This document shows positions 9,344-17,875 of a stretch of 42,863 bases of DNA, in pieces. The notes below the pieces were generated by a model. The model was not told where the DNA came from, ran no database searches, and was given only the letters and a program-made list of their open reading frames with translations. Positions within the stretch are counted from its first letter, which is position 1. The number at the start of each line of letters is the position of its first letter. The stretch is from the NCBI GenBank assembly GCA_944332675.1, contig CALVKJ010000003.1, forward strand, positions 1 to 42,863. The letters are read 5' to 3'. A program made the translations under genes and the position numbers. This DNA comes from an uncultured Bacilli bacterium (GTDB lineage: Bacteria > Bacillota_I > Bacilli_A > RF39 > UBA660).

Positions 9344-10630
9344 ATGATAGATATTAAATTAATTAGAGAAAATCCAGATTTAGTAAAGGAAAATATTAAG
9401 AAGAAATTTCAAGATGAAAAATTAGGTTTGGTTGATGAAGTTTATGAATATGATAAAACTTATCGGGAATATAAATTAGAAGGAGATAACCTAAGAGCTA
9501 AGCGTAATGATTTGAGTAGTCAAATTGGTGGACTTATGCGTGAAGGCAAGAAAGATGAAGCTGAAAAAATAAAGGCCCAAGTAGGTGAAATCAATGCTCA
9601 AATAACGGAACTTGAGGAAAAAGAAGAAAGACTGGAAGAAGAAATAAAATCAAGAATGATGGTTATTCCAAATATTATTGATCCAAGTGTTCCAATTGGT
9701 AAAGATGATTCTGAAAATGTCGAAAATGAAAGATTTGGGGAAGCAATCGTTCCTGATTATGAAATACCATATCATGCCGAAATTATGGAAAGTTTTAGTG
9801 GTTGGGATAAAGAATCTGCTGGAAGAACTAGTGGTAATGGCTTTTATTATCTAATCGGTGATATAGCGCGTCTTCATAGTGCAATGTTATCTTATGCAAG
9901 AGATTTTATGATTGATAAAGGATTTACATATGCAATCCCACCATTTATGATTCGTAGCGATGTTGTAACAGGTGTTATGTCTTTTGCGGAAATGGATGCA
10001 ATGATGTATAAAATTGAAGGAGAAGATTTATACTTGATTGGTACAAGTGAACACTCAATGATTGGGAGATTTAAAGACCAAATTATAAAGCCTGATACAT
10101 TACCTATCACAATGACTTCATATTCTCCTTGTTTTAGAAAAGAAGTTGGAGCGCACGGTATTGAAGAAAGGGGAATATATCGAGTTCATCAATTTGAAAA
10201 ACAAGAAATGATTGTTATCTGTGAACCAGAAGAATCAATGGAATGGTATGAAAAAATGTGGAAATATACTGTTGAATTATTTAGAAATTTAGATATTCCA
10301 GTTAGAACACTTGAATGTTGCAGTGGAGATCTAGCTGATTTAAAAGTTAAATCTTGTGATGTAGAAGCTTGGAGCCCAAGACAACAAAAATATTTTGAAG
10401 TTGGATCTTGTTCAAATCTTGGAGATGCTCAAGCTAGACGTTTAGGTATTAGAGCTAAGGGGGAAAAAGGAACATACTATTTACATACTTTGAATAACAC
10501 AGTGCTTGCTTCAAGTAGAGCAATGATTGCCTTACTTGAAAATAATTATCAAAGTGATGGAAGTGTATTAATACCTAAAGTATTACAACCTTATATGGGT
10601 GGTATAGAAAAATTAGTTCCTAAAAAATAA
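9344..10630 (+). CDS. serS: Seryl-tRNA synthetase
   Basis: N-terminal coiled coil (MIDIKLIRENPDLV...) and class II core motifs (YRVHQFEKQEM, GSCSN..D.QARRL). 428 aa. Confidence 0.95.
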   Translation: MIDIKLIRENPDLVKENIKKKFQDEKLGLVDEVYEYDKTYREYKLEGDNLRAKRNDLSSQIGGLMREGKKDEAEKIKAQVGEINAQITELEEKEERLEEEIKSRMMVIPNIIDPSVPIGKDDSENVENERFGEAIVPDYEIPYHAEIMESFSGWDKESAGRTSGNGFYYLIGDIARLHSAMLSYARDFMIDKGFTYAIPPFMIRSDVVTGVMSFAEMDAMMYKIEGEDLYLIGTSEHSMIGRFKDQIIKPDTLPITMTSYSPCFRKEVGAHGIEERGIYRVHQFEKQEMIVICEPEESMEWYEKMWKYTVELFRNLDIPVRTLECCSGDLADLKVKSCDVEAWSPRQQKYFEVGSCSNLGDAQARRLGIRAKGEKGTYYLHTLNNTVLASSRAMIALLENNYQSDGSVLIPKVLQPYMGGIEKLVPKK

Positions 10631-10631
10631 A

Positions 10632-11309
10632 ATGGGAATAGGAGAAATAATTGAAATTTTATTCGGAGTGTATGCTGCTAATTTTGTATCTACATATGTT
10701 ATAAGATGTCATATTATAAATAAAAATGTTGAAGATTTTCGTGTTATGGCTAAAAAACTTAATTTTCCAGATGATCTTCGAGAGTATATGGAAAAAACTT
10801 TGGATAAAAAGCCAGAGTGGTATGATTATATTCCGGGAGTAAACCTGCTTTTAGCTTTAAAAGATTGGATAATGCGAAAAGATGAAATGGAATTGCTCGA
10901 AGGAGATATTAAACATTTTGAAGAAGAATATGGTTCTGTTGAACAGTTTGTAAATAACTCAGAAGAAGTAGAACTCGAATATAAAGAATATTTTGTAGGA
11001 TACTTTTTAGAAAGTCGTCCGATAGTTATATATTTTAAATATGATGGTGATATAAATATTGCGATTAGTGAAGATAGTGCTCCAACTTTTAGAGCTTTAG
11101 ATGAACAAATGCAAGTAGATACATTGTTACGTATTTTATATGAGATTTATATTGGTTCAAATGAATATATTAAATGTTCGGATATTTCAGAGGTCTTTAC
11201 TGATACAATGGTCCAAAATTTAGAGCAAATTTTTGAAATGAAAAATGCCGAATATATAATTGAAAAGGAACCAACAAGAGATTTAGTAAGAAAGAAGCCT
11301 AAAGTATAA
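10632..11309 (+). CDS. Hypothetical protein with an N-terminal hydrophobic segment; distant paralog of 25108..25782
   Basis: Shares two ordered motifs with the 25108 protein (WYDYIPGVNLLLALK vs FWELFIPGYNLFLAYK; IVIYFKYDGDINI vs KIIYDYVDGNLKI). No family recognised. Confidence 0.45.
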   Translation: MGIGEIIEILFGVYAANFVSTYVIRCHIINKNVEDFRVMAKKLNFPDDLREYMEKTLDKKPEWYDYIPGVNLLLALKDWIMRKDEMELLEGDIKHFEEEYGSVEQFVNNSEEVELEYKEYFVGYFLESRPIVIYFKYDGDINIAISEDSAPTFRALDEQMQVDTLLRILYEIYIGSNEYIKCSDISEVFTDTMVQNLEQIFEMKNAEYIIEKEPTRDLVRKKPKV

Positions 11310-11327
11310 TAGTAACTTTAGGTTTTT
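11298..11327 (+). terminator. Rho-independent terminator
   Basis: CCTAAAG-loop-CTTTAGG followed by TTTTT, spanning the stop codon. Confidence 0.7.
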
Positions 11328-11405
11328 AAATGTAAAATTTTGTAAAGCTTTTTAAGAAGAAAAAAGTCGAATAATGAGAAGTTTTGACATCTTTTGTCGA
11401 ATGAC

Positions 11406-11433
11406 TTGCAAATCAAAAAATAGTTGGTAGAAT
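11406..11433 (+). promoter_or_regulatory. Sigma-A type promoter giving a ~190 nt leader ahead of miaB
   Basis: TTGCAA, 16 nt spacer, TAGAAT with extended -10 TG (TGgTAGAAT). Confidence 0.5.
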
Positions 11434-11555
11434 GGTTGTTGAAAGCGGGTTTTGGTAAAAAAATATTTTGATTTTAGTTTTATACTTTTTTCTATCCTTT
11501 ATGTCATAAATAGTAATTTTATGATTAATACACAACCTTTCTACACAACTTTATT

Positions 11556-11599
11556 TCACACTCATCAAAATTCCGCTTTCACAATTTTTGATAGTGTGA
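11556..11599 (+). promoter_or_regulatory. Long imperfect hairpin in the miaB leader
   Basis: TCACACT(C)ATCAAAATT / AATTTTTGATAGTGTGA with loop CCGCTTTCAC. The loop is complementary to GAAAGCGG at 11441-11448 and to TGAAAGCG at 11613-11620. No T-run follows. Confidence 0.4.
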
Positions 11600-11630
11600 T
11601 AGAATAAAGTCTTGAAAGCGAGTGGTACTA

Positions 11631-13031
11631 ATGAATAAACCAGATTTATGTGTGGCTAAAAATAGAGAAAAGGTTACAATAGATTATATAAATTTAAATT
11701 TAGATATAAAACCTGTTTTTAAAGGAAAAAAATATTTTCTTAGAACTTATGGATGTCAAATGAATGTCCATGATTCAGAGGAAATAAAATATTATTTAGA
11801 ACAACTAGGATTTGTGCCAAGTGAGAAGTTAGAAGATGCCGATATAGTAGTACTTAATACTTGTGCTATAAGAGAAAATGCTAAGGATAAAGTATTTGGT
11901 TATTTAGGAAGATGTAAGCATTTAAAAAAGATAAAGAAAGATTTAATTATTTGTCTATGTGGCTGTCTAACTGAGCAACCTAGTGAAATTGAAGAAATTA
12001 TTAAGAAACATAAATATATTGATATTGTTATTGGTACCCATAATTTAAATGAATTACCTAAGTTAATAGAAAATGCTAGTGGTAAACAAACTGTTGAAGT
12101 TTATTCTAATAGTGATAAAGTATATGAAAATATTAAATATAGTAGGGATTCTAAGATATCAGCTTGGATTAATATTCAACTTGGTTGTGATAAATTTTGT
12201 ACTTATTGTATAGTTCCTTTTACTAGAGGTCGTGAGCGAAGTAGAAAGATGGAGAATATTTTAGAAGAAGTACAATATTTAAAAGATAATGGATATATGG
12301 AAGTTACTTTGCTAGGACAAAATGTTAATGCTTATGGTAAAGATTTAGATTTAGGTTATGATTTTGCTACTTTGTTAGAGAAAGTTGCAAAGATTGGTAT
12401 TCCGCGGATTCGTTTTGTTACATCGCATCCTTGGAATTTTACTGATAAAATGATCGATGTAATTGCCAAATATCCAAATATTATGCCTTATATTCATTTG
12501 CCAATTCAATCAGGTAGTGATGAAATATTAAAGAAAATGAATCGGCGTTATACAATTGAAGAATATAAAAAATTATTTGATACAATAAAAGAAAAAGTTT
12601 CGAAAGTTAGTATTACCACAGATATAATTGTTGGTTTTCCTAATGAAACAGAAGAAGATTTTAAGAAAACTTTAGATATAGTAAATTATTGTAAATTTGA
12701 TGGAGCTTTTACATTTATCTTTTCACCAAGAGTGGGAACTGCTGCGGCGTTGATGGAAGATAAAGTACCAATGAGTGAAAAAGAAGAAAGGCTACATAAA
12801 TTAAATGAATTAGTCAATAAATATTCTTTGGAAAGTAATAAAAAATATTTAGGTAAAGTTGTACCGGTATTAGTAACTGGTCCTAGTGATAAAGGAATTA
12901 ATAAAGTATGTGGTTATACTGATACAATGAAACTAGTAAATATTGATGGATCTAAGGATTTAATTGGTAAAATAGTTAATGTTAAAATTTTAGATGCTAA
13001 AAGCTTTAGTTTAGATGGGGTGGTTTGTTAA
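11631..13031 (+). CDS. miaB: tRNA (N6-isopentenyl adenosine-37) methylthiotransferase MiaB (radical SAM)
   Basis: YFLRTYGCQMNVHDSE, LNTCAIRE, radical-SAM GCDKFCTYCIVP, C-terminal TRAM domain. Start could be ATG 11631 or GTG 11622. Confidence 0.9.
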   Translation: MNKPDLCVAKNREKVTIDYINLNLDIKPVFKGKKYFLRTYGCQMNVHDSEEIKYYLEQLGFVPSEKLEDADIVVLNTCAIRENAKDKVFGYLGRCKHLKKIKKDLIICLCGCLTEQPSEIEEIIKKHKYIDIVIGTHNLNELPKLIENASGKQTVEVYSNSDKVYENIKYSRDSKISAWINIQLGCDKFCTYCIVPFTRGRERSRKMENILEEVQYLKDNGYMEVTLLGQNVNAYGKDLDLGYDFATLLEKVAKIGIPRIRFVTSHPWNFTDKMIDVIAKYPNIMPYIHLPIQSGSDEILKKMNRRYTIEEYKKLFDTIKEKVSKVSITTDIIVGFPNETEEDFKKTLDIVNYCKFDGAFTFIFSPRVGTAAALMEDKVPMSEKEERLHKLNELVNKYSLESNKKYLGKVVPVLVTGPSDKGINKVCGYTDTMKLVNIDGSKDLIGKIVNVKILDAKSFSLDGVVC

Positions 13032-13894
13032 TGGAACATATTTTTATTATAAATATTAATTCTAATGTTGGTAAAACAGCAGATAGAGTTGAGGAGATTC
13101 GTGAAATTTGTAAATCTTTAGATGTCGATTATAAAATATATGTTACTAGTACTAGAGCAGAAACTATAGATGTCGCTAAACAGTTTAAAGATGATGAGTT
13201 TTGTGTAGTTTATGCTGTTGGTGGTGATGGTACTGTCAATGCAGTTTTAAATTCTCTTATTGGGGGAAAAGCTTATTTAGGAGTAGTGCCACTAGGTTCT
13301 GGTAATGATTTTTGCAGGTCATTAAACTTTTTAGTTACAGAATGCAATGTTATGAAGATTAATGATTTGTACTGTTTAAATATATTTAGTACAGGTATTG
13401 ATGCTGAAATTTGTGCAGCAGCTGAAAAAATGAAAAAGTTGAAGGTCCCAGGAAATCAAATATATAATTTAGGAATTTTATATGCTTTTTTAAAACATAG
13501 AAATGAGCCAATGTTAATTGAAGCTGATGGGGTAAGATATTATGATCCGGCAATGACTATGGTAACTGTCTGTAATGGAAAGTTTTATGGAAATGGCAAA
13601 AAAATAGCTCCAAATGCATCTTTAAGTACACCTGGGGCAGATCTTTATATGGTAGCAGGTATGAAAAAAAGAGAAATGCCAGCGTTTCTCAATTCAGTAA
13701 TTAAAGGCGAACACGAAGAATACGATGGATTAATTAAAACGACCGCCAAAAATATTTTGATAACTAGTGATAGGCCAGTTATAGCTAATGTCGATGGTGA
13801 AATATTAGAAAGTGATCAATATAACATTGATGCGGCGGCAGGTAAAATAAAAGTTGTACGCAATGAACGAGTTTTGAGTCGTTTGAGAAAATAG
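13031..13894 (+). CDS. Diacylglycerol/lipid kinase family protein (YegS/BmrU/DagK-like)
   Basis: VVYAVGGDGTVNAVLNSL and VPLGSGNDFCRSL motifs. ATG overlaps the miaB stop (TAATG). Confidence 0.8.
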   Translation: MEHIFIININSNVGKTADRVEEIREICKSLDVDYKIYVTSTRAETIDVAKQFKDDEFCVVYAVGGDGTVNAVLNSLIGGKAYLGVVPLGSGNDFCRSLNFLVTECNVMKINDLYCLNIFSTGIDAEICAAAEKMKKLKVPGNQIYNLGILYAFLKHRNEPMLIEADGVRYYDPAMTMVTVCNGKFYGNGKKIAPNASLSTPGADLYMVAGMKKREMPAFLNSVIKGEHEEYDGLIKTTAKNILITSDRPVIANVDGEILESDQYNIDAAAGKIKVVRNERVLSRLRK

Positions 13895-13901
13895 GGTAAA
13901 C

Positions 13902-14321
13902 CTATTTTTTTAATGTGTAAATATTTCTTTTTATGCCATCACCTAAATCGAGTGGTTCTAGTTTTTGCCAACCAAACTTTTCATAAAGATTTTCGTGCCT
14001 TGTGTGTAAGTAAAGAGTTGTTATATTTAAATTTTTTAAATATTTAGGTATTGAAGAAATTAATATTCTACCATAACCTTGATTACGATATTCTTCCTTA
14101 ATAAATACATTAGCAAGCCAGGGTGTATAGAAAGTATTATCATTATCGTGGGCTAATATTTGATAAAAGCCAATTAATTCTTGATTCTTTAATAAAATGA
14201 TTGTAGCAATAGCATCTTTTATATCAAAATTTTTATCAGTATTTAACCAAGACTTTAAAATGTTGTTAATTTCTTTTATATAAATTTTATCTTGGTTATT
14301 TATTAGAGTAGTTCTTAGCAT
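13902..14321 (-). CDS. GNAT family N-acetyltransferase
   Basis: Acetyl-CoA binding motif region FIKEEYRNQGYGRILI. 139 aa. Confidence 0.7.
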   Translation of the reverse strand: MLRTTLINNQDKIYIKEINNILKSWLNTDKNFDIKDAIATIILLKNQELIGFYQILAHDNDNTFYTPWLANVFIKEEYRNQGYGRILISSIPKYLKNLNITTLYLHTRHENLYEKFGWQKLEPLDLGDGIKRNIYTLKK

Positions 14322-14401
14322 ATAATCACCATAAATATTATATTATATATTGCGATAATAATAAAGATTTTGGTATACTATATTATACGAGGAGGAATTT
14401 T

Positions 14402-14638
14402 ATGAAATGCCCAGTATGTAAAGATGTAACTTTATTAATGTCAGAAAAAAAAGGAGTGGAAATTGATTACTGTCCAGAATGTCGTGGTATTTGGTTGGAT
14501 AGAGGTGAGCTAGAAAAAATTATTGCTCAAGAAGACCAAAAAGAAAAAAAAGAAGTAACCAAAAGTAGTGAAAAGAGTAATAAAAAAGAAAAGAAAGAAT
14601 CTTTTTTAATGGAAGTATTTGAAATGTTTGGAGAATAA
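14402..14638 (+). CDS. TFIIB-type zinc-ribbon protein (zf-TFIIB family)
   Basis: CPVC..(x)..CPECRGIWLDRGELEKI is the family signature. Lys/Glu-rich tail. Confidence 0.75.
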   Translation: MKCPVCKDVTLLMSEKKGVEIDYCPECRGIWLDRGELEKIIAQEDQKEKKEVTKSSEKSNKKEKKESFLMEVFEMFGE

Positions 14639-14696
14639 TTATTTTATTTCAATTATTGCTTATTTTTCTTGATAATTAATCTTTTAGATAATATAA

Positions 14697-14730
14697 ACAC
14701 CTAGTTATTAACATTTTTAGGTGTTTTTTG
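14697..14730 (+). terminator. Rho-independent terminator
   Basis: ACACCT-loop-AGGTGT followed by TTTTTT. Confidence 0.65.
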
Positions 14731-14755
14731 TTGTGCTAGAGCATTTGATATAAAT

Positions 14756-14778
14756 AAAAACTAGATATTGCTATCTAG
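14756..14778 (-). terminator. Rho-independent terminator of tRNA-Met (minus strand)
   Basis: CTAGATA-gcaa-TATCTAG followed by TTTTT when read on the minus strand. Confidence 0.65.
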
Positions 14779-14790
14779 TTAATTACTAAT

Positions 14791-14867
14791 TGGTAGCGAC
14801 GGTGTGATTCGAACACACGACCTGTCGGGTATGAACCGAATGCTCTAGCCAACTGAGCTACATCGCC
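14791..14867 (-). tRNA. tRNA-Met (anticodon CAU), elongator type, with encoded CCA
   Basis: The reverse complement GGCGATGTAGCTCAGTTGGCTAGAGCATTCGGTTCATACCCGACAGGTCGTGTGTTCGAATCACACCGTCGCTACCA folds as a cloverleaf. The anticodon loop TTCATAC resembles Bacillus elongator tRNA-Met rather than tRNA-Ile2. Confidence 0.9.
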
Positions 14868-14955
14868 GTGAAATTGCAATAATAATATATCACAATTACT
14901 TTGGTTTGACAATACTTTTTGGTGTTTTTTGTCGATTTTTGGTGGACGATTTTTA

Positions 14956-14984
14956 TTGCAATTGTTGCTAGTCAACTTTAAAAT
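14956..14984 (+). promoter_or_regulatory. Sigma-A type promoter upstream of the 27-codon ORF
   Basis: TTGCAA (14956-14961), 17 nt spacer, TAAAAT (14979-14984). Confidence 0.5.
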
Positions 14985-15089
14985 AATAAACCGTTACCGG
15001 CGAGTGTTGTGTCTGCTAACTTTTAGTAATTACTGTATTTTTTCTGAGGGTTTTCTTCGGGAGAGGTCTTTAGTGAAAGAGGTGATGCG

Positions 15090-15173
15090 ATGAACGACAA
15101 AGTATTTTGTCAAGTAATTATAATTCTGGTACTCGTACTTTTTAGTAAAAGAGATCAAGCAAAAAGACACTAA
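15090..15173 (+). CDS. Unannotated 27-aa hydrophobic peptide MNDKVFCQVIIILVLVLFSKRDQAKRH; candidate type I toxin
   Basis: Strong SD AAAGAGGTGA (15076-15085) about 7 nt from the ATG. Short polar N-terminus, a 14-15 residue hydrophobic core and a basic tail. It is below the size cut-off of the supplied ORF track. Confidence 0.4.
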   Translation: MNDKVFCQVIIILVLVLFSKRDQAKRH

Positions 15174-15223
15174 AATAGTGTCTAACCATAACAGATGCTA
15201 CCCACCACTATGGGTAACACTAC
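15160..15223 (-). ncRNA. Candidate ~65 nt antisense sRNA convergent with the 27-codon ORF (putative antitoxin RNA)
   Basis: Minus-strand promoter TTGAAT (15258-15253), 17 nt spacer, TATATT (15235-15230). Internal hairpin TACCCA..TGGGTA. Terminator AGACACTA-ttt-TAGTGTCT followed by TTTT. The terminator hairpin covers the ORF stop codon. Confidence 0.35.
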
Positions 15224-15462
15224 GTATATAATATAACAAAATTAATAAATTTATTCAAGCATTTTCCCTTTTTAGTATTAATTTTTTACCATAACTAGAT
15301 AATAGAGTTTGATAATCTTCTTCTGTTTTATTTATTTGAATATTATTTCTTTAATTACCTGTTATTATCGCATATATATTAGAAAAGACAATATTTGACT
15401 AATATTTGCTTTGAAAATAATTAGTTATCTGTTATAATTATTAGAAAAAGTGAGGGATAAAT

Positions 15463-16137
15463 GTGATAAATACAAAAAGTAAGGGGGATTTAATAATTAT
15501 ATCTGGTACTACTTGTGCCGGTAAAGGAACTGTAATAAAAAAGTTACTTGCTAATCATAATGATATTGTTTTGTCCACTTCTTATACTTCAAGACCTAAA
15601 AGAGAATCAGAAGTAGATGGAGTTGATTATTACTTTGTTTCAAAAGAAGAATTTGAAACAAAAATAAAAAATAATGATTTTTTAGAATATGCTCAAGTTC
15701 AATATGGGGCATATTATGGAACTCCTAAAAAAGAAGTATTAGATTTACTTGATAGTGGTAAAGATGTAATACTGGAAATTGATGTCCAAGGTGCGAAACA
15801 AATAAAAGATTTATATCCGAGTACTATTTTAATATTTATTATGGCTCCATCAATGCGGGAAGTAAAAAGAAGAATTATGATGCGGGGTGATGAAAATATC
15901 GATCAAATAATTTCTAGGTTTAAAGTTGCATATAACGAAATAAATCAAATAAATAATTATAACTATGTAGTAGTAAATGATGATTTAGATACAGCTGTAG
16001 CTAAAATTGAAGCAATCCTTACAAGTGAAAAACTTAGAGTGGATAGAATAGAGAATTTAAGTGTTGAAAATGAAGAAGAAATAATTCATGAACTATTAAT
16101 GGATAAAGAATTTGTTAATGAAAAAAATTATGAGTAA
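15463..16137 (+). CDS. gmk: Guanylate kinase
   Basis: P-loop SGTTCAGKGT, then STSYTSRPKRESEVDGVDYYFVS. GTG start after GTGAGGG. About 30 aa acidic C-terminal extension. Confidence 0.9.
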   Translation: MINTKSKGDLIIISGTTCAGKGTVIKKLLANHNDIVLSTSYTSRPKRESEVDGVDYYFVSKEEFETKIKNNDFLEYAQVQYGAYYGTPKKEVLDLLDSGKDVILEIDVQGAKQIKDLYPSTILIFIMAPSMREVKRRIMMRGDENIDQIISRFKVAYNEINQINNYNYVVVNDDLDTAVAKIEAILTSEKLRVDRIENLSVENEEEIIHELLMDKEFVNEKNYE

Positions 16138-16143
16138 TAATTA

Positions 16144-16176
16144 ATCAAAGTAGAAAATATATGCTTTGATTTTTTT
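16144..16176 (+). terminator. Rho-independent terminator after gmk
   Basis: ATCAAAG-loop-CTTTGAT followed by TTTTTT. Confidence 0.7.
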
Positions 16177-16208
16177 ACAATAAATAAATCTTAGATAAAA
16201 TATTTTTA

Positions 16209-16237
16209 TTGACTTACAGATAAAAAAATTCTAAAAT
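16209..16237 (+). promoter_or_regulatory. Sigma-A type promoter
   Basis: TTGACT, 17 nt spacer, TAAAAT. Confidence 0.55.
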
Positions 16238-16308
16238 TAATATAGATAGAGTATCATAGATTATGTATTATTTGTTATACTAATCAATAATGAAGGAGAA
16301 TAGTTTAT

Positions 16309-17865
16309 ATGGAAGTAAAAAATGAGAAAAAAGTATTAGCATTATCATTTCTTGGAGTGTTAACTTTTATAGCAGTAGTAGTTGGAGCAACATATGCATA
16401 TTTCACAGCACAAGGAGGTACATCAGCAAATACAAATGTTAATGTTCAAACTGCAACAACCGATAACTTATCATTTCAAACGGGAAGTGCAATAAGTTTA
16501 ACAGCAAATCAAGAAGATTTTGGTGTGGGTGCAGGAAATAAAAGCGGTAGTACTTTTGCAAGAGCAACATTAACCGCGAATAATGCTACAAATAATGCAA
16601 CAAGAAATTATTATGTATATTTAGATATTACAAGTAATAATTTTGAGTATACAACAGTAGATGAACAAGCAGAGTTGTTATTAAAAGTAATAGATCCTGA
16701 TGGCACAGAAGTAACAACACTTGGCTCTTTAGAAAGAAAGACAAGTGGGGGAGAAACAGGATTTGATATAACTGAATCTACAGGATTAATCACAATAGCA
16801 GATAATTATGAAATAGTGTCAACTGGCACAGTAACCCAAGAATGGCAAATAGAAGTAATATTTGCAAATTTAGATAGTGATCAAAATGCCAATACTGGAA
16901 AAAGTTTTAGTGCAACATTAACAATACAAGAAGAAGCATATGAATATACATTAGCAGATGTATGTCCAGATGGAGGAAATTTAGCAAGTTGTATAGCAGA
17001 TTTAAATACACTAGTAGGAGATGATGTTGGTAATTTATATTATCACGATGGAATAGGAAATTATACAAATGCAAATCTAGAAGCGGGTGATAACAGTTAC
17101 AGATATGCAGGAACGAATCCCAATAATTACATTTGTTTTGGTTCTGATGAAGAAACTTGCCCAACCGATAATCTATATCGAATAATTGGAGTATTTAATG
17201 GACAAGTAAAATTAATAAAATCAGATTTTGCAACAAGTGCATCGTTAGGAACAGATGGGGACTATAATACAATTACATATGAAGCAAGCAGTTATCCAAA
17301 TTATAGAGGAAGCTTGACAACAATAAATAGATACTATTGGAATAATGTATATAATAATATATGGAGTCAATCAAATTTAAACACAGTAAATCTAAATACA
17401 AATTACATAAATTCACTAGGAAGTGAATGGAGCGATTTAATGGCAATAAAAAATTGGAAAGTAGGAGGAATGGATGGCAGCTTCGATATTTCGTCTACAG
17501 TTAAGCAGTATTATGATGCAGAAGTAGGAAGTGATTCAAGTAGCACAACATATGATGCGAAAATCGGATTAATGTATGCAAGTGATTATGGTTATGCCGC
17601 TAGTCCGTATTATTGGACATGGAATTTGTATGCTTACAGTGGTGCAACAAGTAATAATTGGATGTATATGGGATTATATGAATGGACGATTTCCCGCAGT
17701 TCGAACAGTCCGAATCTCGCGTTCTATGTGAACGACGAAGGTCGTGCGTACGCTAGCTACGCGAACGGAGTCTATGCTGTTCGCCCTGTCTTTTATCTAG
17801 AATCTAGTGTCCAATTAGAGGGAGGAATCGGAACTTCAAGTGATCCATATCGTCTTGCAGTGTGA
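16309..17865 (+). CDS. Secreted protein with a TasA/camelysin-style (SipW-type) signal peptide and a C-terminal lectin-like domain that ends VRPVFYL
   Basis: The N-terminus KKVLALSFLGVLTFIAVVVGATYAYFTAQ resembles SipW-dependent signal peptides. The C-terminal motifs AKIGLMYASDYGYA, NNWMYMGLYEWTISR, VRPVFYLESSV and GTSSDPYRL are shared with the fragment at 29177..29610. Confidence 0.6.
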   Translation: MEVKNEKKVLALSFLGVLTFIAVVVGATYAYFTAQGGTSANTNVNVQTATTDNLSFQTGSAISLTANQEDFGVGAGNKSGSTFARATLTANNATNNATRNYYVYLDITSNNFEYTTVDEQAELLLKVIDPDGTEVTTLGSLERKTSGGETGFDITESTGLITIADNYEIVSTGTVTQEWQIEVIFANLDSDQNANTGKSFSATLTIQEEAYEYTLADVCPDGGNLASCIADLNTLVGDDVGNLYYHDGIGNYTNANLEAGDNSYRYAGTNPNNYICFGSDEETCPTDNLYRIIGVFNGQVKLIKSDFATSASLGTDGDYNTITYEASSYPNYRGSLTTINRYYWNNVYNNIWSQSNLNTVNLNTNYINSLGSEWSDLMAIKNWKVGGMDGSFDISSTVKQYYDAEVGSDSSSTTYDAKIGLMYASDYGYAASPYYWTWNLYAYSGATSNNWMYMGLYEWTISRSSNSPNLAFYVNDEGRAYASYANGVYAVRPVFYLESSVQLEGGIGTSSDPYRLAV

Positions 17866-17875
17866 GAAACCTTAA

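Noticed and set aside
14448-14455. I checked homopolymer tracts as phase-variation switches (A8 in the zinc-ribbon gene, A7 at 534-540 in hsdS).
   Set aside because: The tracts are short for slipped-strand switching and are expected by chance at this base composition.
14775-14975. A 66-aa minus-strand ORF.
   Set aside because: It reads straight through tRNA-Met (14791-14867); the tRNA explains the sequence.
14870-15460. I checked whether this large intergenic region holds a known housekeeping RNA (SRP/4.5S, 6S or tmRNA).
   Set aside because: I found no SRP domain IV motif, no tRNA-like tmRNA end and no extended 6S-type rod. The promoters, small ORF and terminator fit a small TA-like locus better. 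A covariance-model scan would still be worth running.
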